Below are positions 63,461 through 64,000 of a stretch of 64,000 nucleotides of DNA, piece by piece (position 1 is the first letter of the stretch; each line of letters starts with the position of its first letter). Made by a program: the position numbers and the translations under genes. Origin of the DNA: Octopus sinensis (taxonomy: Eukaryota); the NCBI RefSeq assembly GCF_006345805.1, contig NC_043015.1:26970001-27034000 (forward strand), in the 5' to 3' direction. The notes below the pieces were generated by a model, which searched no databases, was not told the DNA's origin, and saw only the letters and a program-made list of their open reading frames with translations.

Positions 63461-64000
63461 AATGATGATAATGATTTCTTCTAACAAACTTCGTTTCTTT
63501 GTCATCAGCACCATATTAAACATCGTTACCAATAACCATTATCATAATGGTCGACTTAATCGGAGCCATTATTTCGAAAATGAGATATTGGTGTATTTTT
63601 TCGGTGCAACCTCAAAACAAGAATCGTCAAGAAACTCTACGATGAATTATCTTTCATTTGAGTCACGAACTAATTAAAAGCATAACGAATTCTATGGCTG
63701 ACATGCATGTTTCAACCGAGGATATACATACGTACGTATTAATATCACTTATATATAGGTACATACATGCATACGTACGTACATACACACTCATACATCA
63801 CAAAGACGTACATTGGTACAAATATATTTACACAGATCATTTACACATAGATACATACATAGAAATGAACAGAGGCATACGCATAAACTCGAGTAAGTGT
63901 AACCATAGATGTGTACGTATGCTGCGTGCGTGTGTATGTATTTGTATACATCTATGTCTATATGTATCTTGTGTACATATGCATATATGTATGTATATGT

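Overview
This is a 64-kb AT-rich, microsatellite-dense eukaryotic non-coding window. It is almost certainly from a coleoid cephalopod (Octopus-like); that is inferred from the SINE families and repeat landscape, with no database search run. I found no intact host gene, rRNA, true tRNA gene or CRISPR array, and most ORFs in the track are microsatellite translation artefacts. The window is a layered transposon graveyard: an RTE LINE, many restriction-like-endonuclease (R4/Dong-type) LINE copies in (AAT)n tracts, CR1/L2 and Tx1/L1 fragments, several Penelope-like elements (PLEs), a mariner, a non-autonomous Helitron, a rearranged Gypsy and about five tRNA-derived SINE families (my labels S1-S5). 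The main observations are: (1) five near-perfect fold-back inverted repeats, four at or next to a microsatellite, two of them 390 and 391 bp long; (2) a SINE that repeatedly inserts at the same nucleotide of its own head, with a visible target-site duplication (TSD); (3) two PLE-type hammerhead ribozyme motifs; (4) a ~50-nt structured 5'UTR motif shared by LINEs of two different clades; (5) a tail-to-tail LINE composite present twice; and (6) a decayed STE20-kinase fragment directly 5' of a LINE. Boundaries of degenerate elements are approximate (about 10-50 bp).
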